This document shows, one piece after another, positions 11,104 through 21,601 of a stretch of 64,000 nt of DNA. The notes beneath the pieces are model-generated. The model did not search any database and was not told the origin of the DNA. It was given only the letters and a program-made list of their open reading frames with translations. The DNA lies in the NCBI GenBank assembly GCA_965198175.1, contig OZ240245.1:2464001-2528000 (forward strand), read 5' to 3'. The stretch comes from Candidatus Poribacteria bacterium. Lineage in GTDB: Bacteria; Poribacteria; WGA-4E; PCPOR2b. How positions within the stretch are numbered: position 1 is the stretch's first letter; each line of letters starts with the position of its first letter. Made by a program: the position numbers and the translations under genes.

Positions 11104-11712
11104 ATGAATATAATCGACCCTGATCATCCGACGCTAGACTCTGGTGAACATGAAGATGAAAAAGCCACCATTGCGCCTTCACCAACCCGTGAGACATCAC
11201 CCCCAGCGGAAACGGCAGATACTATCCGCGAAGTAATCCTCGGACCTAAACTTCGTGAGGATGAAAAGCGTTTCCGTATGATTGAGAGTGAATTAGAGCA
11301 TCTCCATCAATTATTTAAGGAACTTTCTCTGGATGTCGAAACAAAATTAAACCACAGAATTGATGAAATTGACGCAGATCTCCGTAAAGAGTTAAGAGAG
11401 TTTGAAAACCAAATCAATGAGCAGATTAATCAACTTGTTAGCGAAGTAATGGCGGATTCCCGTAAAATTTCTATAATGGCTGACACGCTGTCACAAGAAC
11501 TGCAAGGGAAAATTGATAAACTCGGCGACACGCACGCAGCCCAAATTGGTGAATTGCGCGACCAAATACGACGAAACTGCGACACACTCAGGAATGAGTT
11601 AATCACTGAGACGGACACGCTGGATGAAAATAAAATTAGTCGTGTTACTTTGGCGGATGATTTAATCGCTCTCGGCATGAAACTCAAAGATGGAGTAGGC
11701 TTGGACGATTAG
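11104..11712 (+). CDS. Coiled-coil hypothetical protein
   Basis: Heptad-rich acidic sequence; AAGGAG before ATG 11104. Confidence 0.75.
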   Translation: MNIIDPDHPTLDSGEHEDEKATIAPSPTRETSPPAETADTIREVILGPKLREDEKRFRMIESELEHLHQLFKELSLDVETKLNHRIDEIDADLRKELREFENQINEQINQLVSEVMADSRKISIMADTLSQELQGKIDKLGDTHAAQIGELRDQIRRNCDTLRNELITETDTLDENKISRVTLADDLIALGMKLKDGVGLDD

Positions 11713-11881
11713 CTGGCTGATTAGACACCATTAGATTCTTCTTTAGCTCAAATATGCGGCGATGGGGCTTCTCCGACGCAGCAAGTGTAGAAGACATATC
11801 AATAATCGTCGTTGACGACATCGAAATGGGCGGTCCCTAAACGCCAAGTTAATCATCAACTCACCACAGGAGAGAAAGACA

Positions 11882-12379
11882 GTGAAATCAAATCCCAGTG
11901 AATTGATCGCCGGGTTTTTTGAAATGCAGAACGAACTTGATCGCCACTTGGATTCCTTTACAAAACCTTCTCAAAATCTAACACCAGAACCCACACTCTG
12001 GCGGCCTCCGATGGACATTTACGAAACAGTTAATAGCTTTGTTATCAAGATTGAGGTTGCGGGTCTCAAGCCTGAAGAGGACGTTCAATTTCATCTGGAT
12101 CGAAATATCTTGACAGTTAGCGGAAATCGACAAGATAGGACCGCTCTTAAAAAACAACATTATCATCAAGCCGAATTAAACTATGGACCGTTTGAGCGAT
12201 CTATCGCGTTGCCAGATGTTCTAGCGGAAGATGTTAAACCTCAAGCCAGATACCACGGTGGTTTCCTTGAGATTGACATTCCCAAAGTCAAGCGCGACCA
12301 ACCGAAAGAAATCGCTCTTCACGCCGAAGAAGAGATAGAAAACGAAGGGGAGCGAAAGGAGACAGATCATGGTGAATGA
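11882..12379 (+). CDS. Hsp20/alpha-crystallin small heat-shock protein
   Basis: WRPPMDIYET, ELNYGPFERSIALP, ARYHGGFLEIDIPK. Confidence 0.93.
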   Translation: MKSNPSELIAGFFEMQNELDRHLDSFTKPSQNLTPEPTLWRPPMDIYETVNSFVIKIEVAGLKPEEDVQFHLDRNILTVSGNRQDRTALKKQHYHQAELNYGPFERSIALPDVLAEDVKPQARYHGGFLEIDIPKVKRDQPKEIALHAEEEIENEGERKETDHGE

Positions 12380-14744
12380 ACTCCTGGATGAACAGAAAAA
12401 TGATGTGGAGATCCCAAAAGAACTACCTATTCTTATTGTTAATGATCTCGTCATTTTCCCTTACATGCCTCCCGTTCCGCCCTTTTCCCCCCATCATCTC
12501 GCGCTATCGGGAAAGACAGTCACAGCGGCTGTCGATGATGCGATGATCAACACCTCCCGGAGTATTTGTGTCTTCAAGCGACTGACCGAAACCGAAACGC
12601 CGACGGTTGAAGATTTTGCTCCGGTTGGAGCATTAATCCATATTATAAAATATCGGACGGATGATGAGAATGTCTTAATTCTCGCGCAGGGACGTGCAAG
12701 GGTCCAAATCGAAGAGGTTATCCAAACAGAACCGTATGTCAGAGTGCGGCCTCGAATCATTGAGCCAGATGAAAAAGAGGAAGCCACGATTGAGATAGAA
12801 GCTCTCAAGCGAACTGCAGTTGAGCTTTTTCAAAAAATCGTCAAGCTTTCGTCAAGGTATCAGGAAGAATTAGGAATCATCGCTGATAATCTAGACGATT
12901 TGGGACGACTTGCGGATTATATCACCTCCGTACTAGATCTCAAGCCCGATGACAAACAGGTGCTGTTGGAAACAATTCCTATCAAAGATCGGCTAAGTCG
13001 GCTTATTGTTATACTAACCAAGGAGTTAGACCTCACTGAACTAGAAAGTAAGATTCAATCGGACGCCGAAGCAGTGATCAACAAAGGACAGCGGGAATAC
13101 TTCCTTCGAGAACAATTGAAAGCGATCCAGACGGAGTTGGGCGAAGCCGACGAATTGTTGCTAGAAGTAGAGGAGATTCGAGGGGAAATCGAAGCAGCAA
13201 ATATACCTGAAAAAGCGCGTAAAATAGCAGAAAAGGAACTCAATCGCTTGTCCAAAATGCACGCCTCATCCCCTGAATCGACGGTTTCCCGAAATTATCT
13301 AGACTGGCTCGTCAATCTCCCATGGGCTATAAGCGCCGAAGATGAACTCACTATCGCTCACGCTCAGCAGGTTCTTGACGAGGATCACTACAATCTGGTA
13401 AAAGTCAAGGACCGCATTCTGGAATATCTAGCTGTGCGCATGCTCAAGCAAGATATGAAAGGTCCTATCCTTTGCTTCGTTGGTCCACCGGGAGTTGGAA
13501 AGACTTCATTGGGCAAATCAATCGCTAGAACCATGGGCAGAAAATTTGTGCGCATCTCACTGGGAGGGCTTCATGATGAGGCGGAGATTCGGGGACATCG
13601 CAGGACGTACATCGGATCAATGCCGGGACGCATTATTAAGGGGTTACGTCAGGCAGAATCCAATAACCCCGTTTTTATGTTAGATGAAATCGATAAGCTC
13701 GGATCAGATTTCCGAGGCGATCCCGCTGCAGCATTCCTTGAAGTGCTTGACCCAGAGCAGAATAATACCTTTGTGGATAATTACATAGACACCCCCTTTG
13801 ACCTGTCAAAGGTGATGTTCATCACAACCGCAAACCAGCTTCACACAATCCCACCGCCCTTGCGGGATCGCATGGAAGTCCTGGAATTGCCCGGTTATAC
13901 TACAAATGAAAAAACAGGAATTGCCAAACAGTACCTTATTCCACGGCAACTGGAAGCTCACGGTATCAGCGGCAATCTACTCTCGATTTCGGACGACGCG
14001 ATTCACACGGTGATTGAAGCATATACACGTGAGGCGGGTGTGCGCAACCTTGAAAGGGAATTAGGAGCAATCTGCCGAAAATCCGCTCGCAAGATTGCCG
14101 AAGGCAGAACCGAATCAACGCACGTCACTTCAGCCGAGATTTCAAATTACCTCGGACCAATCAAATTCTACTCTGAAGTCGCTGAACAAGAGGAAGAGGT
14201 GGGCGTTGCAACGGGAATGTCGGTTACCGCTTTTGGTGGAGAAATTTTATTTGTTGAAGCGACAAGTATGAGCGGTGAGAGCAAACTCCACTTGACAGGT
14301 CATCTCAGCGAAGTGATGCAGGAATCCGCTCAGGCGGCGTTGAGTTACGTCAGATCCAAAGCAGACGAATTAGGATTTAACCCGGATTTTTTTAGAACGA
14401 ATGACATCCACATTCACGTGCCAGCGGGCGCCATCCCGAAGGATGGACCGTCTGCCGGCATCACGATTGCGACAGCGCTTACTTCCCTTGCCACCGGTCA
14501 AAGCGTTAACCCTGAGATCGCAATGACAGGAGAAATTACGTTGAGAGGACGTGTGTTGCCGATTGGCGGAGTGAAGGAAAAGATCCTCGCGGCAAAACAG
14601 GCAGGAATCAAGACCTTTATTATCCCGCAGCGCAATGAGAAGGATCTGGCAGAAATTCCCGATGACGCAAAAGAAGGACTTGACTTCGTGTTTGTCGATC
14701 GGGTTGACCAGGTCTTTGCAAAAGCACTCAGTCCCAGGCACTAG
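12369..14744 (+). CDS. lon: Lon protease (endopeptidase La)
   Basis: [28 protein letters not shown]; overlaps the hsp20 stop. Confidence 0.97.
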   Translation: MVNELLDEQKNDVEIPKELPILIVNDLVIFPYMPPVPPFSPHHLALSGKTVTAAVDDAMINTSRSICVFKRLTETETPTVEDFAPVGALIHIIKYRTDDENVLILAQGRARVQIEEVIQTEPYVRVRPRIIEPDEKEEATIEIEALKRTAVELFQKIVKLSSRYQEELGIIADNLDDLGRLADYITSVLDLKPDDKQVLLETIPIKDRLSRLIVILTKELDLTELESKIQSDAEAVINKGQREYFLREQLKAIQTELGEADELLLEVEEIRGEIEAANIPEKARKIAEKELNRLSKMHASSPESTVSRNYLDWLVNLPWAISAEDELTIAHAQQVLDEDHYNLVKVKDRILEYLAVRMLKQDMKGPILCFVGPPGVGKTSLGKSIARTMGRKFVRISLGGLHDEAEIRGHRRTYIGSMPGRIIKGLRQAESNNPVFMLDEIDKLGSDFRGDPAAAFLEVLDPEQNNTFVDNYIDTPFDLSKVMFITTANQLHTIPPPLRDRMEVLELPGYTTNEKTGIAKQYLIPRQLEAHGISGNLLSISDDAIHTVIEAYTREAGVRNLERELGAICRKSARKIAEGRTESTHVTSAEISNYLGPIKFYSEVAEQEEEVGVATGMSVTAFGGEILFVEATSMSGESKLHLTGHLSEVMQESAQAALSYVRSKADELGFNPDFFRTNDIHIHVPAGAIPKDGPSAGITIATALTSLATGQSVNPEIAMTGEITLRGRVLPIGGVKEKILAAKQAGIKTFIIPQRNEKDLAEIPDDAKEGLDFVFVDRVDQVFAKALSPRH

Positions 14745-14932
14745 AACGAGTACGCAAATACGGACAGAGGGTATTTTCGACGAAGATTTAATCTTCCCGC
14801 TCAATGCGAAAGTTCAAACGATTCTGTACGGAATCTCTGCACGATAGATTAGAGTGACTCAAAGAGGTTAAAAATCTTCCGAATTTATGGTTCAAACCCA
14901 AGATTTCTTGCCTTGAGTTAGAGATCCTGCTG

Positions 14933-14961
14933 TTGACAAATTCGTTTTCTTTTTGTATACT
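14933..14961 (+). promoter_or_regulatory. Near-consensus sigma70 promoter
   Basis: TTGACA-N17-TATACT upstream of the 15027 ORF. Confidence 0.75.
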
Positions 14962-15026
14962 TTCCTGCGTTCAACGCATCTGTTCGGAACAATCTTCCCC
15001 TGACATCGCGGCAACCCAGGTGCAAG

Positions 15027-16070
15027 ATGGCAAGAAAAAAGAATCGGCATCTTAATATTGCACATAAACGAGCGAAACGAAAACAGGACGGAAAATCCCG
15101 ACAGCGGCAAATAGCGCTCAGAAAACAGCGGATACTACAGAGCGCAAAATCAGATGAGGAGCAGTTACAAGATAGAATTATGAATAGCGGGCTGCTGGTT
15201 AACGAGCCTGAATTTGAGAATATCAGCTTCGATACAAATCTACTGCGTCAAAACATACGGGAACTATTATTCTCCTGCTCTCCAAACGTTGAGCAAAATG
15301 AAGACGATGCCGAATTGACACAAGAAGGAGATCCGCTGGAAGCGATTTCTGAAGAATTCCGAAACGAAGCACTGCCTTGTCTGATTACACCCAATTTCCT
15401 CCAACAAATTTCGCAAACGCTTAAAGCTTGTGAAACCCGGCTGAAACGTATCGGAGCTAGCGAAAAAGCAGAAATTGCATTTGTTACTCGATTGTTTTTT
15501 GATCTCGCTGAGCCAGATTCACTTAGCCTTCATCCTCTCATCTTGAAGATCTGTATACGAACGCTCGAAGGGATGTCGATACAATTTCAACTTGAAGGGG
15601 ATGAGCGCGAAGTTGTGCAAAGCGTCCTCTCGGACTTATTGACGTTCAGTCAAGGGGAGGCAGTACAAGATCATCAGAGCTCCACGGCACACGAGGAGGA
15701 TTCAGACAGCCTAGATAATGGTTGTCAACAATCTAGTGACTTAGCAGATGATTCAGTGGATGGGGAAGAGCCCGCTTATAGTCCCTTGACGCCTCCACCA
15801 GAAGAATTACCAGCAAAAGCGCTGTACAAAAACTTTGACTGGAGGAAGGTGCGTCAGACGATTGAAATGGGAGATGGATACCGGCTAGTTGCGGATGCGG
15901 AACAGCAAGTGGAGTTTGCGCATACCACTCAGCAGCGTTATATCACCCTCACAGCGGATCGACTCTTGCTCCAATGTCCACTGAAGTCGCAACTAGAAGT
16001 TGCAATGCGAGAGATAGAACAATTGTGTGGTCAATCTGTGTGTTATCTCGCAAGGATTCTTGATGAATGA
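15027..16070 (+). CDS. Hypothetical protein with strongly basic N-terminus and acidic linker
   Basis: 347-aa ORF behind a strong promoter; no family recognised. Confidence 0.75.
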   Translation: MARKKNRHLNIAHKRAKRKQDGKSRQRQIALRKQRILQSAKSDEEQLQDRIMNSGLLVNEPEFENISFDTNLLRQNIRELLFSCSPNVEQNEDDAELTQEGDPLEAISEEFRNEALPCLITPNFLQQISQTLKACETRLKRIGASEKAEIAFVTRLFFDLAEPDSLSLHPLILKICIRTLEGMSIQFQLEGDEREVVQSVLSDLLTFSQGEAVQDHQSSTAHEEDSDSLDNGCQQSSDLADDSVDGEEPAYSPLTPPPEELPAKALYKNFDWRKVRQTIEMGDGYRLVADAEQQVEFAHTTQQRYITLTADRLLLQCPLKSQLEVAMREIEQLCGQSVCYLARILDE

Positions 16071-16088
16071 TTTTAAGGAGGTGATTCA

Positions 16089-16193
16089 ATGGGGCGCAGT
16101 AAGAGTGGACGAGTTCAGCGAAGAACACTCATCCATCACCGTCAGAAACGCCGCCTCAAAAGGAAGAAACAGGCGCTGAAACAGAAGCTCTAA
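16089..16193 (+). CDS. 34-aa Arg/Lys-rich small protein (not in ORF track)
   Basis: AAGGAGGTGA at 16075-16084, then MGRSKSGRVQRRTLIHHRQKRRLKRKKQALKQKL*. Confidence 0.75.
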   Translation: MGRSKSGRVQRRTLIHHRQKRRLKRKKQALKQKL

Positions 16194-16242
16194 GTCTCTC
16201 TATTGATGGTTCCGCGCAGTGGAGTGAAATGACTGAGTAATT

Positions 16243-17070
16243 TCAGTTATGATTATCCTGCTTTTGTGCGAATCGTTGACGGTTGGCTTCATAGAGCGCA
16301 ACTGAGGCGGCGATTGCACTGTTGAGGGAATCTGCCGAGCCTGACATTGGGATAGAAATCAACGCATCACACATCATTTCAAACCGTTCGGTGATGCCAG
16401 ATTGTTCATTCCCAACAACAAGGAGGGTTGGTCCCGTAAAGTCGACCTTGTCGATTGTCGTTGCCGCATGTGGGCTTGTCCCAACGACTTGTAGTGCGCC
16501 AAGAGTCGCACGGACATGTTCCTGCCAACTCTGGAAGATTCGGGGGCTGTCGATGCGAATCACAGGCAATGCAAACAATGATCCCATCGTTGCCCGAACC
16601 GTTTTGGGATCGTAGAGATCGACAGCAGGTTCAATAATCAGCACACCGTGGGCACCCATGGCGTCCGCGGACCGGATGATTGTCCCCAAATTTCCCCGAT
16701 TCTGCGGATTTTCCACTGCGATAACAAGCAGATTCGATCGAATCGGGATGCGGTCAAAGTCATCCTCGACTTGTGAGACAATCGCCATCAATTCAAGATC
16801 GTTGCGGTCGCACAATTTGCTGTGGAGATCTTCTGTCACTTGTAAGTGGATAAATGGATCGGATTTCGCAACTATCTTCTTTGCCCAATCTGATCGAACC
16901 AGCGACGGGCAGAAAATCAGTTTTTTTACATTCCAACCGTGGGTGTACGCTTCAGATACTGCCCGTACTCCTTCTACAAAGAACTCATAGTGGGATTTGC
17001 GCGCCTTCCGTTTTTCGCACAGCGTCCGGATGTATTTAATTTGTAGGTTTGATGTGGAACGTATGAGCAT
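16243..17070 (-). CDS. TrmH/SpoU family RNA 2'-O-methyltransferase
   Basis: GNLGTIIRSADA, VGNEQSG, IPMSGSADSLNSA. Confidence 0.93.
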   Translation of the reverse strand: MLIRSTSNLQIKYIRTLCEKRKARKSHYEFFVEGVRAVSEAYTHGWNVKKLIFCPSLVRSDWAKKIVAKSDPFIHLQVTEDLHSKLCDRNDLELMAIVSQVEDDFDRIPIRSNLLVIAVENPQNRGNLGTIIRSADAMGAHGVLIIEPAVDLYDPKTVRATMGSLFALPVIRIDSPRIFQSWQEHVRATLGALQVVGTSPHAATTIDKVDFTGPTLLVVGNEQSGITERFEMMCDALISIPMSGSADSLNSAIAASVALYEANRQRFAQKQDNHN

Positions 17071-17367
17071 CGTAACACCCTGCCACCGTGCACTGGTCTC
17101 TGAGTTGACATGCGCCCCGTCAGAGGTTCTCCGCCTTACTGAGGGGAAGCTAGAGGAAGGTGGGCGCTTCGCTCCCGCCTTAAATCCGAATGCGGGTCGG
17201 CAAATGTTAACTCCTCCTTTTTGTAGGGTATCATATTTGTTGTACTATTGGCAATAATTGATGAGAATTTTTGCATGTTGTTATTGTAATGTAAACGCTA
17301 ATGTCCATAACTTGTTGAATACGTCAAAACCTTTCGTAATTGAGTGAAATTTTTCAGGAGAAAACCT

Positions 17368-17694
17368 ATGGCTGAAAACGTTTTAGAAATCACCGATGAT
17401 ACTTTTGAAAATACTGTTCTGAATTCTGATATGCCGATTGTTGTCGATTTTTGGGCGGAATGGTGCGGACCGTGCAAAATGATTGGCCCAATCTTGGAAG
17501 AGCTTGCTGATGAACATACCGACCAATTCAAAGTCGGCAAACTCAACGTCGATGACAATCGTGAGACGGCAATGAAATATCGTGTGCTTAGCATCCCAAC
17601 GCTCCTCGTGTTCAGCGATGGGGAGATTAAACAGCAGATTATCGGCGCGTTGCCGAAAGGTGCATTGAAAGATAAGATTCTCTCCGCGTTGTAG
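17368..17694 (+). CDS. trxA: Thioredoxin
   Basis: DFWAEWCGPCK, SIPTL; AGGAG before ATG 17368. Confidence 0.97.
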   Translation: MAENVLEITDDTFENTVLNSDMPIVVDFWAEWCGPCKMIGPILEELADEHTDQFKVGKLNVDDNRETAMKYRVLSIPTLLVFSDGEIKQQIIGALPKGALKDKILSAL

Positions 17695-17791
17695 GTAATG
17701 ATACCGACATGGGGTTCGTAATGCGCAAAACGCAAGATTTTTGCGTTTTACGTCCCTGCCCACCATCATATTGTGCAGGAACGCATATTCG

Positions 17792-19087
17792 ATGGCTATA
17801 ATCTGGAAAGCGTTCTATAACACAGTTGTAGTGCCCGCGCTATGCGTCGGATTCCACATAACCGCTCGATTTAATGCAAAGACTCGTGAGGGGATAGCCG
17901 GCAGACGAAACGTGTTCAAGTTTCTCAATAATCAGTTGGAATCCGCACGAGAACTCGACCAAACCGCTTGGTTTCATTTCACCTCAGTCGGAGAGTTCGA
18001 GCAAGCCAAGCCGCTAATCGAAGCGATTAAAGATGACACTCGAATCGTTTTAACTTACTTTTCCCCCTCGGTTCAGCCCAACGTCGCAAAATATCCGCAT
18101 TGCGATGCAGCTTCTTATTTTCCGCTTGATACCGCCCGAAACGCCAAACGGCTCATTCAACTTATTAAGCCGTCTATCCTCATCTTTTCAAAGTTCGACA
18201 TCTGGCCAAATCTCGTCTGGTGCGCTTCCAAACATAGGATACCAATTATTCTAATCGCAGGGACACTACACGCAAAGTCCAAACGTCTGGCGCTCTGCGC
18301 CAGGTCCTTTTTCAAGTGCGTGCAACGGTGTCTTGCATTACATTGCGTCATCTCAGACCGTGACGCCCAACGGTTTCGCCGAATCTGCCCGTCAAACGCC
18401 CAAATCCAAGTCACGGGAGATACCCGCTTTGATCGGGTTTATCAACATGCGGTCGCTATTAATGCAGACGCCCAATTTTTCCCAGGACAATCGACATTGC
18501 AACACCCAATCTTAATTGCGGGAAGCACTTACTCAGCGGATGAACGGGTTCTGCTAGCGGCATACAGTCTCCTACGCAAAAATTCGACGCAGGCCATGCC
18601 GCGTTTAATCCTCGTCCCTCATGAACCAACGGCGGAACGAATCGCAGAAATTCAGACTCAATTGAATCTCCAGCGATTTTCACATACGTGTTATTCGCAG
18701 TTGCACGCGGGGGCGGACCTAAGCCGAATTGATGTGATTGTGATTGACACCGTTGGTCTGCTCGCAAAACTCTATCGGTTAGGAGACATCGCGTTCGTCG
18801 GCGGGAGTTTTCACGGAAGTGTTCACAACGTGATGGAGCCCGCCGCGATGGCAAAACCCGTCCTATTCGGTCCAACTATCCATAATGCATATGAAGCACA
18901 CCTGTTGAAGGATCGAGGGGCAGCGTGCTTGGTCAATACTGCCCAGGAGATGGCAGATGCGCTCAAATCGCTGATTTCCAACCGCAATCTTTGCAATCGA
19001 ATGGGGAAAATTGCCGTGGAAACCATTGAGGAAAATCTGGGGGCTACCGAACGCACACTCGCTCACATCAAACCTTATTTAACGTGA
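17792..19087 (+). CDS. waaA: 3-deoxy-D-manno-octulosonic acid (Kdo) transferase
   Basis: WFHFTSVGE, TGDTRFD, AFVGGSF, HNVMEPA, FGP. Confidence 0.85.
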   Translation: MAIIWKAFYNTVVVPALCVGFHITARFNAKTREGIAGRRNVFKFLNNQLESARELDQTAWFHFTSVGEFEQAKPLIEAIKDDTRIVLTYFSPSVQPNVAKYPHCDAASYFPLDTARNAKRLIQLIKPSILIFSKFDIWPNLVWCASKHRIPIILIAGTLHAKSKRLALCARSFFKCVQRCLALHCVISDRDAQRFRRICPSNAQIQVTGDTRFDRVYQHAVAINADAQFFPGQSTLQHPILIAGSTYSADERVLLAAYSLLRKNSTQAMPRLILVPHEPTAERIAEIQTQLNLQRFSHTCYSQLHAGADLSRIDVIVIDTVGLLAKLYRLGDIAFVGGSFHGSVHNVMEPAAMAKPVLFGPTIHNAYEAHLLKDRGAACLVNTAQEMADALKSLISNRNLCNRMGKIAVETIEENLGATERTLAHIKPYLT

Positions 19088-19230
19088 CACATGATGTGCG
19101 GTCAAGTTGATGGCGTCGGGTTGCACTCTCTATATGTCGAGGTTAACTAGTGTTAGTTCCTACGAATTACGAAGTCTGAATCGCCCTTACGAGGCATTGA
19201 GGCATTCAACTGCGTAAGTCCTAAAGAGAT

Positions 19231-19797
19231 TTAAAAATAGGCATGTATGCCCGTTCCTACGTAAACACCAGCAAGGCCTTTGGATTGAGAAATAACTTTT
19301 TCCCTGCCAAACCCTTGACCGACTTCCGCGTTCAGGCCGAGAGGAATCCCTCCAAATGAAAACACAAGCTCGCCTCCAAAAGCGATTCCAGCTCCTAGAG
19401 TTGTGGTTCTAACAATCTCTTGACCGTGTTCCTGATCCTTTTCATATCGCCAGCCACCTTCTAAGCTAAAATAAAGTCGGGCTAGGTTCCGCCTGTCTTG
19501 ATGCTCAAATATGGCATATGAAACGCCTGCTCCTAACATATGGTCGCTATTCTGATCATTGAGAATAAAACGTCCAACGGTTTGAAGATAGACGGGTGCC
19601 AGTCCGTTATAGCGAAAACTAATTCCGCCAAATGCGGGTGTGGCTCCCTGTAGTCCGATACCGAAAGTTTTTGTGAGGTGGTTTGCTTGTGCTTGAGTCG
19701 AGGGACTGAAGGTTACCCCCAACAAGATACAGATTAAGGTTGAAATTAAGCGTGTCACTGTTTTTATCCTTGAATTGTGTTTCATTGTGATCCCCAT
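19231..19797 (-). CDS. Small outer-membrane beta-barrel protein
   Basis: Signal peptide, alternating beta-strand pattern, C-terminal GIHAYF. Confidence 0.65.
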   Translation of the reverse strand: MGITMKHNSRIKTVTRLISTLICILLGVTFSPSTQAQANHLTKTFGIGLQGATPAFGGISFRYNGLAPVYLQTVGRFILNDQNSDHMLGAGVSYAIFEHQDRRNLARLYFSLEGGWRYEKDQEHGQEIVRTTTLGAGIAFGGELVFSFGGIPLGLNAEVGQGFGREKVISQSKGLAGVYVGTGIHAYF

Positions 19798-19833
19798 TAA
19801 AGATTTCTCCTAACAATCAAGTTCAGTTTTTGC

Positions 19834-21495
19834 TTATTGAGCAATTAGCATCGTCACCCGATGCGGCTCGGTAGTGGATGGGTGATGCATGAGAATGTCC
19901 TGCACCCCGTCCTTGTTAAGGTCAACCAGCCAAGTATATTCCTCGTAGGGCATGTTGACCGCTACCTTTTGAGGTCGCCGGGCAAACAGATCTGGTCCCG
20001 GCTGGCCGATAAAGACGCGCAGTTCTTTCCGCCTATTCTGCACCAGCAGGTCCAAGCGTCCGTCGCCGTTCACGTCCCCGAACAGCATCGACGGGAAGTG
20101 CATGGCTTTCTCGCCTGAATCTCCGGGGGAATGCGTCTTGATCTTGCGGGTGGCATCGGGTTCGTCGGGATACGAGCCTCCTGCCATGCGGTAGAGATTG
20201 AGATCTAGCGACACGGACTCCGTCAGGAGCCCGCTGGCCAGCATGCCGATGACTTTGAAGATGCCTGGGTCGATGATCGCGAAGGTCATGTCGGTCTGAC
20301 CGTCGTCGTCGAAGTCGTGCGCGCCCATCTCGAACGGGATGCCGTCCGACCGTATCATGGTGCTGACCTCCGTTGCGAACACAGTGCCGCCGGGTGTCGG
20401 CGTGCCGAAGTGCACCTCGTAGGTGGAGTGCATGCCCCACAGCTCGGATGTCTGCCCCAAGAGGCGGCCCCTTCCCGCCTGCAACGAGAAGATTGCGAGG
20501 TCGGCGACGCCGTCATGGTTCATGTCGGTCAACGCGTGCAGCACCCTTCCCGTCATGACTCCGGGCGCTCCGTGGTCGAAACGCCTACGACGAACTCCCG
20601 CGGGAGCGACAAGGGAAGCGAGGTCGTCGGAGTCGAAGGCAACCTCGGTTGTGAAGGTCTCAGCCGACGGGGAAAACAGCCCATGTTCATCTTGGTGATG
20701 AACGAGGAAGTGGTCTTCATACCAGAACACCAGGTCGATGCGACCATCTCGGTTGTAGTCCATCTCGTGAACGCGGCCCTCATCCCAGGGGTTGTATCGG
20801 TATCCATCGACTGCGTAAATCGTCCCCATCTCAATGGAGGGGCCAATCTTCACTGGATCGGCGAAGGTGCCGTCGTTAATCTGGATGAACACCCAGAAAC
20901 CATGGGAGTCCGGCACAACTATATCATCGCGGTCATCACCGTTGAGGTCCCGCGTAATATCTACATGGGGGATTTCACCTTTGGGAGGCGGGGTATTGGA
21001 AGTAACCTCCACCATCGGGCGCTCCGTTGCCGATTCGGGATCGAACCAATTCACGCGACGGCTACCGTAGGTAATCAAGCGGTCACGTCCATTGATGTTA
21101 GCCACGTCAACGAACAGCACTTCGGGACGCAGTGCAGCGTCCAGTCTCAGTGTCCAACTTTCGTCGTCGAATGCGTAGACACGCAAGCGGCGATAGTCCT
21201 TCGCGTCAATGTTCACCACGATAAGTTCCGCGGTAGCACCGCCAAGAAGAAATCCCGTCAAAACGGTCTGGTGTTTAGCGGAGCCGGTGACGACCTCATA
21301 CTGCTCGAAAGTAAATTCCGCGTCGGCAGACGGCATCGAATCGCCTTCTCCGCCGAGCATCCCCGAGCATCCCGATAGGTATACTCCAAGAACCACTATG
21401 GAGAACAAGCTTGGTCGATAGTGCCCCGCGTGATTGATGGACGAGTTAATTTTAGAAGAAAGAAAGTCTTTGTAGGATGGGTTTCGATTTTTCAT
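19834..21495 (-). CDS. FG-GAP/VCBS-repeat lipoprotein
   Basis: Repeated DxNGDGxxD motifs; lipobox LSGC. Confidence 0.85.
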   Translation of the reverse strand: MKNRNPSYKDFLSSKINSSINHAGHYRPSLFSIVVLGVYLSGCSGMLGGEGDSMPSADAEFTFEQYEVVTGSAKHQTVLTGFLLGGATAELIVVNIDAKDYRRLRVYAFDDESWTLRLDAALRPEVLFVDVANINGRDRLITYGSRRVNWFDPESATERPMVEVTSNTPPPKGEIPHVDITRDLNGDDRDDIVVPDSHGFWVFIQINDGTFADPVKIGPSIEMGTIYAVDGYRYNPWDEGRVHEMDYNRDGRIDLVFWYEDHFLVHHQDEHGLFSPSAETFTTEVAFDSDDLASLVAPAGVRRRRFDHGAPGVMTGRVLHALTDMNHDGVADLAIFSLQAGRGRLLGQTSELWGMHSTYEVHFGTPTPGGTVFATEVSTMIRSDGIPFEMGAHDFDDDGQTDMTFAIIDPGIFKVIGMLASGLLTESVSLDLNLYRMAGGSYPDEPDATRKIKTHSPGDSGEKAMHFPSMLFGDVNGDGRLDLLVQNRRKELRVFIGQPGPDLFARRPQKVAVNMPYEEYTWLVDLNKDGVQDILMHHPSTTEPHRVTMLIAQ

Positions 21496-21543
21496 ATGTA
21501 TTTTCGTTTCTGGTCATTCCATACAATAACATGGATAATTTAC

Positions 21544-21556
21544 TTAACAGTGTTAA
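21544..21556. promoter_or_regulatory. Putative TetR operator (upstream of FG-GAP gene)
   Basis: Palindrome TTAAC-AGT-GTTAA. Confidence 0.7.
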
Positions 21557-21601
21557 CATACTGGCAAAAAATATATGGCAACCTTCGCCAAATAATCTGA
21601 T

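Noticed and set aside
19209..19223. ACTGCGTAAGTCCTA, possible end of a repeat element
   Set aside because: Only one copy seen, partner end not found
20317..21378. 353-aa plus-strand ORF
   Set aside because: Antisense shadow of the GC-rich FG-GAP gene; no motifs
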